Shown here: piece after piece, positions 1-10,570 of the stretch
How positions within the stretch are numbered: the stretch's first letter is position 1
Layout: every line of letters begins with the position of its first letter
Virus record (IMG/VR): IMGVR_UViG_3300032249_000542
Coordinates: 1-64,000 of that record
From: a virus
DNA length: 64,000 nt
Strand: one strand, 5' to 3'
The notes under the pieces: generated by a model
What the model saw: the letters and a program-made list of their open reading frames with translations, nothing else
Database searches by the model: none
What the model was told of the DNA's origin: nothing
Position numbers and translations under genes: made by a program

Positions 1-514
1 AAATGGTACGAATTATATTAGTGTTCCTTACAATATTGCTTCAAATACTGTAACAGTTGAAGTGGTTGCTTCATTTAATCCAACATCATTTTGGGGAACT
101 ATTTGGAGTAATGAAATTTTTGATACTGGCGGGGGATACGTGGCATATGTGGATGGTTCAACAAATATAAGTTATGGTATCCCTTATGGTGAAACCCTAG
201 CAACCATAACTGCTAGTAATGCCATAAGACATTGGATTTTTGTTATTAATGGAACACAATCTAGTGTATTTTTAAATGGTTCACAAGTTGGAACAACTGA
301 TACTACAAGTAATCAAACACTCTTTGCGACAAATGATTTTTATTTTGGGGCAAGGCATAATAATGACGGTATAGGTTTTGGAGGAGATACAATGAACAAC
401 TCAGATTCCGCACTATATCCAGTTTTTTATCAGATGCGGGTGTATAACAAAGCATTGTCTGGTGCTGAGATAACTCAGAATTATAATGCAGTTAAAGGGA
501 CTTACGGAATATAA
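1..514 (+). CDS. LamG/concanavalin A-like domain protein (5' truncated by window)
   Basis: Frame is open from position 2; C-terminal LamG-type signature (MRVYNKALSGAEITQNYNA). Confidence 0.8.
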   Translation, partial: NGTNYISVPYNIASNTVTVEVVASFNPTSFWGTIWSNEIFDTGGGYVAYVDGSTNISYGIPYGETLATITASNAIRHWIFVINGTQSSVFLNGSQVGTTDTTSNQTLFATNDFYFGARHNNDGIGFGGDTMNNSDSALYPVFYQMRVYNKALSGAEITQNYNAVKGTYGI

Positions 515-1222
515 ATGAGAATCGGCACAGGCATATCAATCGGCACAGGAATAGCAATAACAAAAAGCACAGCAGTGGTGACAACTGGTCTGCAATTATA
601 CTTAGATGCAGGTAATGCTTCTAGTTATTCAGGTTCAGGAACCACATGGACTGATTTAACTGTTAATGGTCGTAATGGTACATTAATTGGTGGACCAACT
701 TACAGTAGCGCAAATGGTGGTTCTATTGTTTTTGATGGAATTAATGATCTTGTCCAATGTACAGGTTCTCTCACAGTAACAGCAGCAACATTTGTAACTT
801 GGATAAGACGAAACGGAAATCAAGGCCAATATGATGGTATTTTGTTTTCCAGATCAACAAATACCACTGGAATGGATTTTCAGGTGTCCAATCAAATTGG
901 ATATACTTGGAACGATGCTGGTAATACTTATGGTTGGCAAAGTGGATTAATATTACCAAATTTGACATGGTGTATGATTGCGGTTTCTGTTACAAGCACA
1001 GCCGCAACAGCATATCTATGTCAAACAAGTGGAATTACCTCTGCCACTAATACCGTCAGTCATGCTAGTAGTCTTATAAACGACATAAAGATCGGTCAAG
1101 ATGAGTTTTCCACTAGATATTTTACTGGGAACATAGCCACCGCAATGATTTATAACATCGCATTAACAGCAGGACAAATTTCGCAAAATTTTGAGGCAGA
1201 CAGATCAAGGTTTGGAGTATAA
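515..1222 (+). CDS. LamG/concanavalin A-like virion-associated protein
   Basis: GLQLYLDAGNASSYSGSGTTWTDL...IYNIALTAGQISQNF, typical of phage LamG proteins. Confidence 0.8.
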   Translation: MRIGTGISIGTGIAITKSTAVVTTGLQLYLDAGNASSYSGSGTTWTDLTVNGRNGTLIGGPTYSSANGGSIVFDGINDLVQCTGSLTVTAATFVTWIRRNGNQGQYDGILFSRSTNTTGMDFQVSNQIGYTWNDAGNTYGWQSGLILPNLTWCMIAVSVTSTAATAYLCQTSGITSATNTVSHASSLINDIKIGQDEFSTRYFTGNIATAMIYNIALTAGQISQNFEADRSRFGV

Positions 1223-1660
1223 ATGTTTTTATTGCACTTATTACCTGATGCATTTCTAATTTTCATAATTCATGCACTATTGGTCACTGGACTAATTGGC
1301 ATGGTGATAGGTTTTGTCGGCAGTAAAATACCATTCGTTGGCACATATGCACGAATGATTCAAATCGCATCAATCATTGCTTTCTGCATAGGACTATACT
1401 GGAAGGGTGGGTATAGTGTAGAAGCAGATTGGCGTGAACGTGTTGCAGAGATGGAAGCAAAGATAAAGATTGCAGAAGAAAAGTCTAAGGAAGCAAACGT
1501 AGTAATAGAAACAAAGTATAAAGATAGAGTTAAAAAGATTACTGAGACTAAAGAAGTTATCGTTGAAAAGATTAAGTTGAATGAAAAGATTATTGATGCA
1601 AAATGTGAACTTGATCCAGTAGTGATTAGCATTTTGAATGAGGCAGCGAAAAAACCATGA
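1223..1660 (+). CDS. inner-membrane spanin (Rz-like)
   Basis: N-terminal TM segments then coiled coil; overlaps a lipoprotein gene and precedes the endolysin. Confidence 0.7.
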   Translation: MFLLHLLPDAFLIFIIHALLVTGLIGMVIGFVGSKIPFVGTYARMIQIASIIAFCIGLYWKGGYSVEADWRERVAEMEAKIKIAEEKSKEANVVIETKYKDRVKKITETKEVIVEKIKLNEKIIDAKCELDPVVISILNEAAKKP

Positions 1661-1917
1661 AGAAATTATTGATTCTTTTGCTGCTTGCAGGTTGCAGTAC
1701 AACTGTGCCAGTGGCACGTAAGTTTCCAGAAGTACCTGATGTACTGATGGCACCTTGCCCACCTCTGACGCAGATCAAAGAAGGTACAACTAAGTTAAGT
1801 GAGGTGATTACAGTTGTTACCGATAATTATTTTGAATATCACAAATGTAGTGATAAGAATGACTTATGGATGGAGTGGTTTAAAGCACAAAAAGAAATAT
1901 TCGATTCTGTAAAATAA
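1657..1917 (+). CDS. outer-membrane spanin lipoprotein (Rz1-like)
   Basis: Lipobox LLAGC, Pro-rich segment (PEVPDVLMAPCPPL), ATGA overlap with the Rz-like gene. Confidence 0.75.
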   Translation: MKKLLILLLLAGCSTTVPVARKFPEVPDVLMAPCPPLTQIKEGTTKLSEVITVVTDNYFEYHKCSDKNDLWMEWFKAQKEIFDSVK

Positions 1918-1929
1918 AAGGATTAACAA

Positions 1930-2544
1930 ATGGAACTGACAAAACAACAACTAAAAGAATTGCTTCCAAAAAATCCATACATTGACCAGTGGCATAATGC
2001 ACTAAGTCAATTGCTTCCGGATTATGAAATCAATACTCCACAAAGAATTGCAGCATTCATAGCACAATGTGCTCATGAGTCTGGCAACTTCATTTTTCTA
2101 TCAGAGAATCTAAACTACAAAGCAGAAAGTCTAGTTAAGATATTTGGTAAATACTTTAAAGACATTGATACTGCTAAAGCATACGAAAAGAAACCAGAAA
2201 AGATTGCAAACAAAATCTATGCTGACCGCATGGGTAATGGCAATGAAGCATCTGGTGATGGATACAAGTATCGTGGTCGTGGTCTAATTCAATTGACTGG
2301 TAAAACAAACTACACATGGTTTGCTGCATCACTAGAGATATCACCAGAAGAAGCAGCAGAGTACACTCAAACATTTGAAGGTGCTGCACAATCAGCATGT
2401 TGGTTCTGGGAAACCAATAAACTGAATCAATGGGCAGACAAAGGTGACATTGAAAAGATGACCAAGATCATCAATGGTGGCACAATTGGACTTGAAGATA
2501 GGAAGAAACATTATGCTCACGCACTTCATGTATTGGGAGTATAA
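1930..2544 (+). CDS. glycoside hydrolase family 19 endolysin
   Basis: AQCAHESG, ENLNY, YRGRGLIQLTGKTNY and INGGTIGL motifs. Confidence 0.92.
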   Translation: MELTKQQLKELLPKNPYIDQWHNALSQLLPDYEINTPQRIAAFIAQCAHESGNFIFLSENLNYKAESLVKIFGKYFKDIDTAKAYEKKPEKIANKIYADRMGNGNEASGDGYKYRGRGLIQLTGKTNYTWFAASLEISPEEAAEYTQTFEGAAQSACWFWETNKLNQWADKGDIEKMTKIINGGTIGLEDRKKHYAHALHVLGV

Positions 2545-2774
2545 TGATGAGATATATACTACTTCTACTGTTACCACTCACACTTTTTGCTTGTCAGGAG
2601 CGTTATAGATATCCATGTCAAGACCCACATAATTGGGAAGATTTACAATGTCAGAAACCATATTGTACAGCAAATGGTACCTGTCCTGAAGATTTGAAAC
2701 ATTACATAAAAGATAAAGCTGGTAAGCCAATTGCACCAACGTCTGAAGCACCGAAAAAAGGAGACTGTAAATGA
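2544..2774 (+). CDS. small Cys-rich lipoprotein
   Basis: Signal peptide with LFAC lipobox; YRYPCQDP..C..P.C..NGTC. Confidence 0.65.
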   Translation: MMRYILLLLLPLTLFACQERYRYPCQDPHNWEDLQCQKPYCTANGTCPEDLKHYIKDKAGKPIAPTSEAPKKGDCK

Positions 2775-3217
2775 TATTCACGCAAGAGAAATACACATCT
2801 GAGGAGTTAAATGCACGATTGAAGTTTTTCATCGGCATCATTCTAGGTCTTACTCTATTCGGAATTGTGTTTGTTGTATTGTATAGTTTGATTTTTGTTA
2901 CTCAACCGATGAACGGAATGAGTCCAGTGGATAATAAGTTCTTTGAATTGATTATTCCAGTTGCAACATTCTTGACTGGTACACTATCAGGTATCATGTT
3001 GGCAGGTGACGATAAAGATTTGAGAGCAAAAGCACTTGATGCTTCTGCTAGACCATACACACCTCCACCAGAACCACCTTCAGTTGCAAAAGCATCTGCA
3101 CCAGAATTTACACCATCATTTGATGTTCAAAGTGCATCGAATCCATTCGCATCACAAGTATCAACTGGATTCGGAGGCAAACCTGCACCAGTTCAACCAC
3201 CACATTCGGAGATTTAA
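2771..3217 (+). CDS. two-TM membrane protein (holin candidate)
   Basis: Two hydrophobic helices and a Pro-rich tail, within the lysis cluster. Confidence 0.55.
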   Translation: MIFTQEKYTSEELNARLKFFIGIILGLTLFGIVFVVLYSLIFVTQPMNGMSPVDNKFFELIIPVATFLTGTLSGIMLAGDDKDLRAKALDASARPYTPPPEPPSVAKASAPEFTPSFDVQSASNPFASQVSTGFGGKPAPVQPPHSEI

Positions 3218-3394
3218 ATGAAAAAATTAATCGCATTGTCACTATTGGCTCTAACAACTACCGTATTTGCAGCAGAAGAAAAGAAAGTATGTGTTAAAGA
3301 GTTAGACAGCAAAACTAAGAAAGAGAAGGAAGTCTGTAAGACCATCAAGGTTCACAAAAAACTTGAAGGTACTAAGATCCCTGATAAGAAATAA
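3218..3394 (+). CDS. small secreted Lys-rich protein (58 aa, not in ORF track)
   Basis: MKKLIALSLLALTTTVFAAEEKKVC...C; fills the gap between neighbours exactly. Confidence 0.6.
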   Translation: MKKLIALSLLALTTTVFAAEEKKVCVKELDSKTKKEKEVCKTIKVHKKLEGTKIPDKK

Positions 3395-3395
3395 A

Positions 3396-3860
3396 ATGTA
3401 TCCAGATGACCAACAACTTGCCGATATTAAACTAAAGACAAGTCTATTAGAAAAAGATATTTTACAATCTGAAAAGGTTCTAAATAAACTCTCTGATTCA
3501 ATTCAAAAGATACAGGAATTGAATATTAATGTTATGCAGATGCTTACGATGCATGAATCTAAGCATGTGTATCATACGGAAGTTGAGGCTCAATTGAAAG
3601 ACGATTATAAAGAACTACACTCCCGCATCACTACCGTCAATCGTGAGTTACATGAACGAATAGATCAGGTAGAACGGCATATTACCGAGCGTATTGATGC
3701 ACTACGCTCGGATCTTGCTAACCACAGAAAAGAAGATACTGAGGAAAAAGGACTTGACTTTTTCGAGAAATGGAAGTATATTATAGTGTGTGGAGTATTA
3801 ATAGTAGGTTACATTGGCGGTCAACTTAATTCGGCACAAATACTAAGTCTGATAAAATAA
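3396..3860 (+). CDS. coiled-coil protein with C-terminal TM helix
   Basis: ATG at 3396 in the track frame; heptad-rich with a hydrophobic C-terminus. Confidence 0.6.
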   Translation: MYPDDQQLADIKLKTSLLEKDILQSEKVLNKLSDSIQKIQELNINVMQMLTMHESKHVYHTEVEAQLKDDYKELHSRITTVNRELHERIDQVERHITERIDALRSDLANHRKEDTEEKGLDFFEKWKYIIVCGVLIVGYIGGQLNSAQILSLIK

Positions 3861-3862
3861 GT

Positions 3863-3891
3863 TTGACTTTTGTTGCAGTATATTATATAAT
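3863..3891 (+). promoter_or_regulatory. sigma70-type promoter for primase
   Basis: TTGACT-17-TATAAT; ATG follows 6 nt after the -10. Confidence 0.7.
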
Positions 3892-3897
3892 GAGTGT

Positions 3898-4926
3898 ATG
3901 TTACATATTGATTCTAAGTACGTCCGTTTGATATCCAACCGTCTGCGTAATTTCAAGCAGAAGGATAACTATTTGTGGAACTTCTCTTGTCCTTACTGTG
4001 GTGACTCTCAGAAGAACAAGACGAAGGCACGTGGTTATGTTTTCCAAAAAGATGTAAACCTTTTATACCGCTGTCATAATTGTGGAGTGAGTACCAATGT
4101 TGGAAATCTGGTCAAACATGTGGACCCAACCCTACACAAAGAGTATACCCTTGAAAACTACAAGGAAGGTACTCTCTCTAATGCCAACAGCAGAAGTACC
4201 TCAGTCAACGTACCAACAGTCCGATTCGGAAAAGTACAAAAGAAAAGATCATTCGAACATGCAGAATGGATCAGCCAACTGCCGAGTGGACATTTCTGTT
4301 TAAGGTATGTTGAAACAAGAAAGATACCACTAAAGCATTATAACAAGTTTATGTTTACTGCCAACTATGAGAAATTCATTAAGGCAATAGTACCAGACAT
4401 AGACAAAGATATATCCAATGATGCTAGACTAGTAATCCCTTACTATAATGAATATGATGAATTGATTGCAATAACCGGTCGTGCATTACAAAATGCTGAT
4501 GATCGTTTGCGTTATGTTACTGTAAGAATGAATGATTCAACCACTAAGTTAATGTATGGTATGGATCGACTTGATAAAGATAAGAAAGTTTACATTGTAG
4601 AAGGACAGATAGATAGCTTATTCTTGCCAAATGCAATTGCATCTGGTGATAGTGCATTGGGTGCTACATCAAATTTATTTCAAGCAAAGAATAAAATTTT
4701 AGTATTCGATAATGAACCAAGAAATAAAGAGATTGTGAAGTTGATGCAAAATGCAATCACATCGGATCATAATATCGTCATATGGCCAGATAATGTTGTA
4801 GGAAAAGATATTAATGAAATGGTGATGCGTGGAATGGATCCACTACAGATTAAAGATATTATAGATAGTAATACCACTAACGGTTTGGCAGCACAGTTGA
4901 AGTTTAATTATTGGAAGAAGGTATGA
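3898..4926 (+). CDS. 61: T4-like DNA primase
   Basis: Zn finger CPYCGDS...CHNC; TOPRIM VEGQIDS, FDNEPRN and KDINEM. Confidence 0.95.
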   Translation: MLHIDSKYVRLISNRLRNFKQKDNYLWNFSCPYCGDSQKNKTKARGYVFQKDVNLLYRCHNCGVSTNVGNLVKHVDPTLHKEYTLENYKEGTLSNANSRSTSVNVPTVRFGKVQKKRSFEHAEWISQLPSGHFCLRYVETRKIPLKHYNKFMFTANYEKFIKAIVPDIDKDISNDARLVIPYYNEYDELIAITGRALQNADDRLRYVTVRMNDSTTKLMYGMDRLDKDKKVYIVEGQIDSLFLPNAIASGDSALGATSNLFQAKNKILVFDNEPRNKEIVKLMQNAITSDHNIVIWPDNVVGKDINEMVMRGMDPLQIKDIIDSNTTNGLAAQLKFNYWKKV

Positions 4927-5585
4927 AAGTTGAATTAATTAGTTATTCGAAGCCTGCCGTACATATTGCAGATACTATGACAGACTTGGTTGCATATTGC
5001 GCCAGAGTATCAAATCCTGCAAATCAAAGTAACAAACAAACGAATGAAAAATTGATTCGTTACTTGGTAGACAATCAGCATTGGAGTCCACTAGAGATGG
5101 TCTCCGTGTGTTTGAGCATTGAAACTACCCGTGACATAGCACGACAGATTCTTAGGCATAGAAGTTTTTCATTCCAAGAGTTTAGTCAACGATATGCCGC
5201 AGTGGATTTTGGCACAGCAGGTGAGAATTGGGTAGAACGTGAAGCAAGATTACAAGATACACAGAATCGACAGAACTCTATTGATACTGAAGATGTTGGA
5301 TTACAAGAAACGTGGAAGACACAACAGAGTTATGTAACATATGCAGCAGAAAAAGCATATCGTTGGGCATTAGATAATGGTATCGCAAAAGAACAGGCAA
5401 GAACTGTTCTACCAGAGGGATTGACTGTATCCCACCTATACATGAATGGCACCTTAAGGTCTTGGGTTCACTACATACAACTTCGCTCTGCGAACGGCAC
5501 ACAAAAAGAACACATGGAAGTAGCAAAGGAATGCGGAAACGTAATCGCTGAAGTATTCCCTATGATTAAAGAATTTATAGCATAA
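4923..5585 (+). CDS. thyX: FAD-dependent thymidylate synthase
   Basis: RHRSFSFQEFSQRY ThyX motif; HWSPLE; likely start ATG 4923. Confidence 0.95.
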   Translation: MKVELISYSKPAVHIADTMTDLVAYCARVSNPANQSNKQTNEKLIRYLVDNQHWSPLEMVSVCLSIETTRDIARQILRHRSFSFQEFSQRYAAVDFGTAGENWVEREARLQDTQNRQNSIDTEDVGLQETWKTQQSYVTYAAEKAYRWALDNGIAKEQARTVLPEGLTVSHLYMNGTLRSWVHYIQLRSANGTQKEHMEVAKECGNVIAEVFPMIKEFIA

Positions 5586-5602
5586 TAATAACGGAGAAAT
5601 GA

Positions 5603-7399
5603 TTGAACACTATTCACGGAATAAATATAGATCCCACCAGAGATTCATTGTTTGATGAATTGGGGATCAAAAGACTTAAAGAATCGTACATGAAAGAGGA
5701 TGAAGTTAGTCCACAAGAAAGGTTTGCATATGTTTCAAAAGCTTTTGGCAGTAATGCTGAGCATGCTCAAAGGTTGTATGAGTACAGTAGTCGTCATTGG
5801 TTATCTTACTCTACTCCTATTCTTAGTTTTGGGCGCAGCAAGCGTGGGCTTCCTATCTCTTGTTTTCTACCTTATCTGGACGATTCCGCAGAGGGCTTGG
5901 TCAATACATTATCAGAAGTAAATTGGCTATCAATGTTGGGAGGAGGAGTTGGAATTGGATTGGGAATCCGTAGTTCTGATGATAAGTCTGTTGGCATCAT
6001 GCCTCATCTCCGCACGTATGATGCTTCTAGTCTCGCCTACAGACAGGGTAGCACTCGCCGTGGTTCTTATGCCGCTTATCTTAATATCAGCCATCCAGAT
6101 ATTCTCATTTTTCTTGAAATGAGAAAACCAACTGGTGACCAGAACATGCGTTGTTTGAATTTACACCATGGTATTAACATTACAGATGAATTCATGCATT
6201 TAATTGAAAAGTGTATGATTGATACAGAAGCAGATGATACATGGGAACTAAAAGATCCACACACCAATGAGGTGCGTGATAAAGTATCGGCACGTGAGTT
6301 ATGGCAAAGAATATTAGAAATTCGTATGCAGACTGGTGAACCATATCTACACTTTATTGACACAAGTAATAGTGCAATGCCAGAGTTTCAAAAGAAACTT
6401 GGACTAAGTATCAAACAATCTAATCTATGCTCTGAAATTATTCTACCAACTGATAAAGAAAGAACAGCAGTATGTTGCCTATCATCCGTGAATTTGGAGT
6501 ATTATGATGAGTGGAAAAACGATCCTCTATTTTTTGCTGATATTGCAGAAATGCTTGATAATGTACTTCAGTATTTCATTGATAATGCTCCTGCAGCAAT
6601 CGGACGAGCCAAGTATTCTGCCGAACGTGAACGCAGCATTGGAATTGGAGCGTTGGGATTTCATGCATATCTACAGGGAAGAAATATTGCGTGGGAATCC
6701 GCACTTGCTACGAGTGCAAATGTAAAAATATTTAAACATATTAGAGAAAAATTAAATGAAGCGAATACTAAACTCGGCACAGAACGAGGTGAGGCACCTG
6801 ATGCAGTTGGTACAGGAAACAGATTTAGCCATCTTATGGCCATTGCTCCTAATGCTAGTTCCTCTATTATCATGGGTAATACTTCTCCTAGTGTTGAGCC
6901 CTATAGAGCTAATGCATATAGACAAGATACTTTATCCGGCGCACACTTAAACAAGAATAAGTTTCTGGATAAAATTATCAAAGATAAATGTGATGCAGAT
7001 CCAAAACTAGATTATCAAGAAATTTGGTCATCTATCATTGCAAACGATGGTTCTGTACAGCATTTGGATATTCTTGACGAATGGTCTAAGGATGTATTCA
7101 AGACTGGTATGGAGATTGACCAACGATGGATTGTTGACCATGCAGCCAACAGACAACAATTCATTGACCAAGCACAATCGATTAACTTATTCTTTAGACC
7201 TGATGTGAATATCAAGTACCTACATGCAGTACACTATCAGGCATGGAAGCAAGGATTGAAAACATTATATTACTGCCGTAGTGAGAAACTTGCAAAGGCA
7301 GATAAAGTATCTAAGAAAATTGAACGCAATATCATACAAGAAATTGATTTAAAACAATTGGCTTTGGATGATGGAGTTTGCTTAGCATGTGAAGGTTGA
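5603..7399 (+). CDS. nrdA: ribonucleotide reductase class Ia alpha subunit
   Basis: PISCF, SNLCSEI, APNASSS, KTLYY, C-terminal CLAC; TTG start 6 nt after GGAG. Confidence 0.95.
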   Translation: MNTIHGINIDPTRDSLFDELGIKRLKESYMKEDEVSPQERFAYVSKAFGSNAEHAQRLYEYSSRHWLSYSTPILSFGRSKRGLPISCFLPYLDDSAEGLVNTLSEVNWLSMLGGGVGIGLGIRSSDDKSVGIMPHLRTYDASSLAYRQGSTRRGSYAAYLNISHPDILIFLEMRKPTGDQNMRCLNLHHGINITDEFMHLIEKCMIDTEADDTWELKDPHTNEVRDKVSARELWQRILEIRMQTGEPYLHFIDTSNSAMPEFQKKLGLSIKQSNLCSEIILPTDKERTAVCCLSSVNLEYYDEWKNDPLFFADIAEMLDNVLQYFIDNAPAAIGRAKYSAERERSIGIGALGFHAYLQGRNIAWESALATSANVKIFKHIREKLNEANTKLGTERGEAPDAVGTGNRFSHLMAIAPNASSSIIMGNTSPSVEPYRANAYRQDTLSGAHLNKNKFLDKIIKDKCDADPKLDYQEIWSSIIANDGSVQHLDILDEWSKDVFKTGMEIDQRWIVDHAANRQQFIDQAQSINLFFRPDVNIKYLHAVHYQAWKQGLKTLYYCRSEKLAKADKVSKKIERNIIQEIDLKQLALDDGVCLACEG

Positions 7400-7408
7400 T
7401 ACACCAAA

Positions 7409-8047
7409 ATGCCAACCATTGGTTTATTTGTTCAACATCCTAAATGCTCTGTTCAATCGTGCAATGGTATAATCAAAGCACTTGGATCTAATTACACTTA
7501 TAAATTATATACAAAACATGAAATCGAGGACGACTTTTTTAATTCTGTTGATATTGCTTGTTTTCCTGGAGGTGTCGGTGATAGTGATTCTTACGACACA
7601 TACTTTAGGTTTAATGGAAGTCTTATCACCGACTATATCAAACGAGGTGGCAGATATCTTGGTATTTGCATGGGTGCCTATTGGGCTGGGCCTCATTATT
7701 TTAATATACTGTACGGAGCACAACCAGTCCAGTATATTAAACGACCAAACACATGTACCAGAAAGTCCTACTCAAAAGCAATTGAATGTGACTGGAACGG
7801 CACACCAGACAGATTCTTCTTTTACGATGGACCTGCATTTGTCGGAAACCCAGAGTATTATGAGACAGTTGCCAGATACAAAAACGGAGACGCAGCAGCA
7901 ATTATCCAGGGACGTGTAGGATTGATTGGACCACACCTTGAAGCCGAAGAATATTGGTATAACAAACCATACTTACATCGTCATTGGAATCAAGGTAAGC
8001 ACCATGGATTATTTAAACAATTTGTTGACAAACTGATGGAGAAATGA
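7409..8047 (+). CDS. BPL_N / class I glutamine-amidotransferase-like protein
   Basis: FPGG, YLGICMGAY nucleophile elbow, GPHLE. Confidence 0.75.
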   Translation: MPTIGLFVQHPKCSVQSCNGIIKALGSNYTYKLYTKHEIEDDFFNSVDIACFPGGVGDSDSYDTYFRFNGSLITDYIKRGGRYLGICMGAYWAGPHYFNILYGAQPVQYIKRPNTCTRKSYSKAIECDWNGTPDRFFFYDGPAFVGNPEYYETVARYKNGDAAAIIQGRVGLIGPHLEAEEYWYNKPYLHRHWNQGKHHGLFKQFVDKLMEK

Positions 8048-8048
8048 T

Positions 8049-8201
8049 ATGATAGCAGAAATACCTTACATGCTTGTTTGGGGATTCTTCTCTGCGATGG
8101 GATGGATGACTGCCAATTGGACAGTTGAGAAAGTTTATCCTGATAAAGAGAAAGACAAACCAGCAATAGTACAACCTGAAAAAATAGAAAAGAAAGAATA
8201 A
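8049..8201 (+). CDS. small membrane protein (50 aa)
   Basis: MIAEIPYMLVWGFFSAMGW...; fills gap between neighbours. Confidence 0.5.
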   Translation: MIAEIPYMLVWGFFSAMGWMTANWTVEKVYPDKEKDKPAIVQPEKIEKKE

Positions 8202-8840
8202 ATGGCACACTTAGTTGCAAACCTACCACCTGTCCATTGTTATATCCGTAAAGAGTTTCTTTATGATTTTCAAAAAGGTCACGGAGAATATGAACCGTGT
8301 ATTTGGGTTTCAATCAAAAGTATTCGTGGACAAGCATTTAGAATAGAATCTTACTTACCAAACTATGGCGCAGTTTATGACAAACTACCTCTACATGCGT
8401 ATGTGTCACGCACAACAAATATTGAACCTGAGAAGTTTTTACCTTTAGATACACTACAAATTTGGGATTGTTTTAGTTATGATTTTTCTGTAATTCAAAA
8501 ATCATTCTTGAGAAATTTATCTGCCAAGTTTTATGCCAAAGACAAACAATTTTATCAAGGTAATTATTTGTTTACAGTAGACCACTCTGCTCCTGACTTA
8601 AATATTATAGACACAAGTTATGCAGAGTGGCCAGAGGACCACAAGAGTTTTAATTTTATAGAATTAGACAACGGTCAATATGCAGCACAACCAAACAATC
8701 GTTGCCTATTCTTGGATGCAGCAAGTAATCCAAAACAACTGAAGTTTCCTGATTTTAAAGTTTGCACTAAGAAGTATGTTGTTGAACAGAATCCAAAATG
8801 GGCATTAGGTGATACCACCACAGTAATGTACGAAAATTAA
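8202..8840 (+). CDS. conserved phage hypothetical protein
   Basis: 212-aa ORF (MAHLVANLPP...GQYAAQPNNR) between nrdA and nrdB. Confidence 0.7.
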   Translation: MAHLVANLPPVHCYIRKEFLYDFQKGHGEYEPCIWVSIKSIRGQAFRIESYLPNYGAVYDKLPLHAYVSRTTNIEPEKFLPLDTLQIWDCFSYDFSVIQKSFLRNLSAKFYAKDKQFYQGNYLFTVDHSAPDLNIIDTSYAEWPEDHKSFNFIELDNGQYAAQPNNRCLFLDAASNPKQLKFPDFKVCTKKYVVEQNPKWALGDTTTVMYEN

Positions 8841-8866
8841 CAATAACAACTATAAGAGTAAATCGA

Positions 8867-9859
8867 ATGACAAAAAAACAAAAAAGTAATTTGCAGGAAG
8901 AAAGAACATTCTTCAAACCATTCCATTATCCATTGGCATACGAAGCATGGTTGAAGCATGAACAATCACATTGGATGCATAGTGAAGTTCCAATGGCAGA
9001 AGATGTTAAAGACTGGAAGAATAAATTAACAGCAGAGCAAAAACAATTTCTTACACACATTTTTAGATTCTTTACACAAGGTGACATTGATGTTGCAGGT
9101 GGTTACGTAAACAACTATCTACCATACTTCCCACAACCAGAAGTGCGAATGATGTTACTTGGTTTTGCAGCAAGAGAAGCACTACATGTTGCAGCATACT
9201 CACACTTGATTGAAACACTTGGTCTACCAGATGTAATGTACAATCAATTTTTAGAATATGATGCAATGAGACAGAAACACGATTATGTGATTGATATTGC
9301 ACAACAAAACACAACAAAAGAAAACACAGCAAAGCATATCGCTGTATTCTCTGCGTTTACAGAAGGTATGCAGTTATTCAGTTCATTCATTATGTTATTA
9401 AACTTCCCACGCCAAGGATTGATGAAAGGTATGGGACAGATAGTAACATGGTCTATCGTTGATGAAACAATGCATACCGAATCGATGATTAGATTGTTCC
9501 GTACATATATTGAAGAAAACAAAGAAATATGGAATGACCAACTAAAATCAGATATCTACACCATTGCAGAGAAAATGGTTACATTGGAAGATCGTTTCAT
9601 TGATTTAGCATTTGAAATGGGTGAGATGCCAGGGTTAACTGCTGATGAAGTTAAAACATATATTCGTTACATTGCAGACCGTCGTTTGATTAGTCTTGGA
9701 TTGAAGGGTATCTTTAAAGTTAAAAAGAATCCATTGCCATGGGTAGAGGAGATGATTAATGCACCAACTCACACGAATTTCTTTGAGAATAGATCCACAG
9801 ATTACGCTAAGGGGGCGCTATCCGGAGATTGGGTGGACGTTTGGGGTAAAGCCGCTTAA
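8867..9859 (+). CDS. nrdB: ribonucleotide reductase class Ia beta subunit
   Basis: FFTQGD, EALHVAAY, EGMQLFSSF, DETMH and NFFENR di-iron motifs. Confidence 0.95.
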   Translation: MTKKQKSNLQEERTFFKPFHYPLAYEAWLKHEQSHWMHSEVPMAEDVKDWKNKLTAEQKQFLTHIFRFFTQGDIDVAGGYVNNYLPYFPQPEVRMMLLGFAAREALHVAAYSHLIETLGLPDVMYNQFLEYDAMRQKHDYVIDIAQQNTTKENTAKHIAVFSAFTEGMQLFSSFIMLLNFPRQGLMKGMGQIVTWSIVDETMHTESMIRLFRTYIEENKEIWNDQLKSDIYTIAEKMVTLEDRFIDLAFEMGEMPGLTADEVKTYIRYIADRRLISLGLKGIFKVKKNPLPWVEEMINAPTHTNFFENRSTDYAKGALSGDWVDVWGKAA

Positions 9860-9883
9860 AACTTAAAAATAAGGAGACAAAAA

Positions 9884-10570
9884 ATGCAATGGGAGAACGA
9901 TTTAATAAAAGATATTAAGTATAATACAGATTGGGATGATAAGGATGGGGATCCAAGGATTCCATTTAAAGGTTGGGATGAAGTAACTGAAGCAGATAGA
10001 GAAGCATTGAAAGAAAGATTTTTACGAGTTTCTGAAAATTGTTCTGCTATACTTGAAATTGGAGTTAATAGAAATGGTGACGGTTCATTCACACAAGTAT
10101 TCTTAAAAAATAAGAAAAAAGAAACTATCTATATTGGAATAGATATAGGAGATAGGGACTACTTAATAAATGAAGAAGAAAATATTTTTATTATAAGAGC
10201 TGATAGTTCTAATTATGAAGAAAATATGAAAAAAATAAATGAATGTTTCGAAAAATCTGGAGTATCTAGAAAAGAATTTGATTTTATTTTTATTGATGGG
10301 TGGCATAGTATTAACCAATGTTTAAAGGATTGGGAATACACAAGTATTTTGGGTAAAAATGGAATAGTTGGGCTTCATGATACAGCATATCACCCTGGTC
10401 CAAAAGTATTCATAAGAAATTTAAATAAAGATAAATGGGTTGTTGAGGAAAATGCCATTCAAACTTCTGATGATTGGGGTATTGGATTTGCATGGAAAAA
10501 GGAAAACAATAATTGGTCTCCAGTTGAAGAAGGTTATGAATGGAAAATAGATCCTCCGAATATGCAATGA
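9884..10570 (+). CDS. class I SAM-dependent methyltransferase
   Basis: LEIGV, GID, FDFIFIDGWH, LHD. Confidence 0.75.
   Translation: MQWENDLIKDIKYNTDWDDKDGDPRIPFKGWDEVTEADREALKERFLRVSENCSAILEIGVNRNGDGSFTQVFLKNKKKETIYIGIDIGDRDYLINEEENIFIIRADSSNYEENMKKINECFEKSGVSRKEFDFIFIDGWHSINQCLKDWEYTSILGKNGIVGLHDTAYHPGPKVFIRNLNKDKWVVEENAIQTSDDWGIGFAWKKENNNWSPVEEGYEWKIDPPNMQ

Noticed and set aside
1-1222. Diversity-generating retroelement acting on the LamG genes
   Set aside because: No reverse transcriptase and no template/variable repeat pair seen in the window.
5603-9859. Introns or inteins in nrdA and nrdB
   Set aside because: Both ORFs are continuous and compact with no splice motifs.
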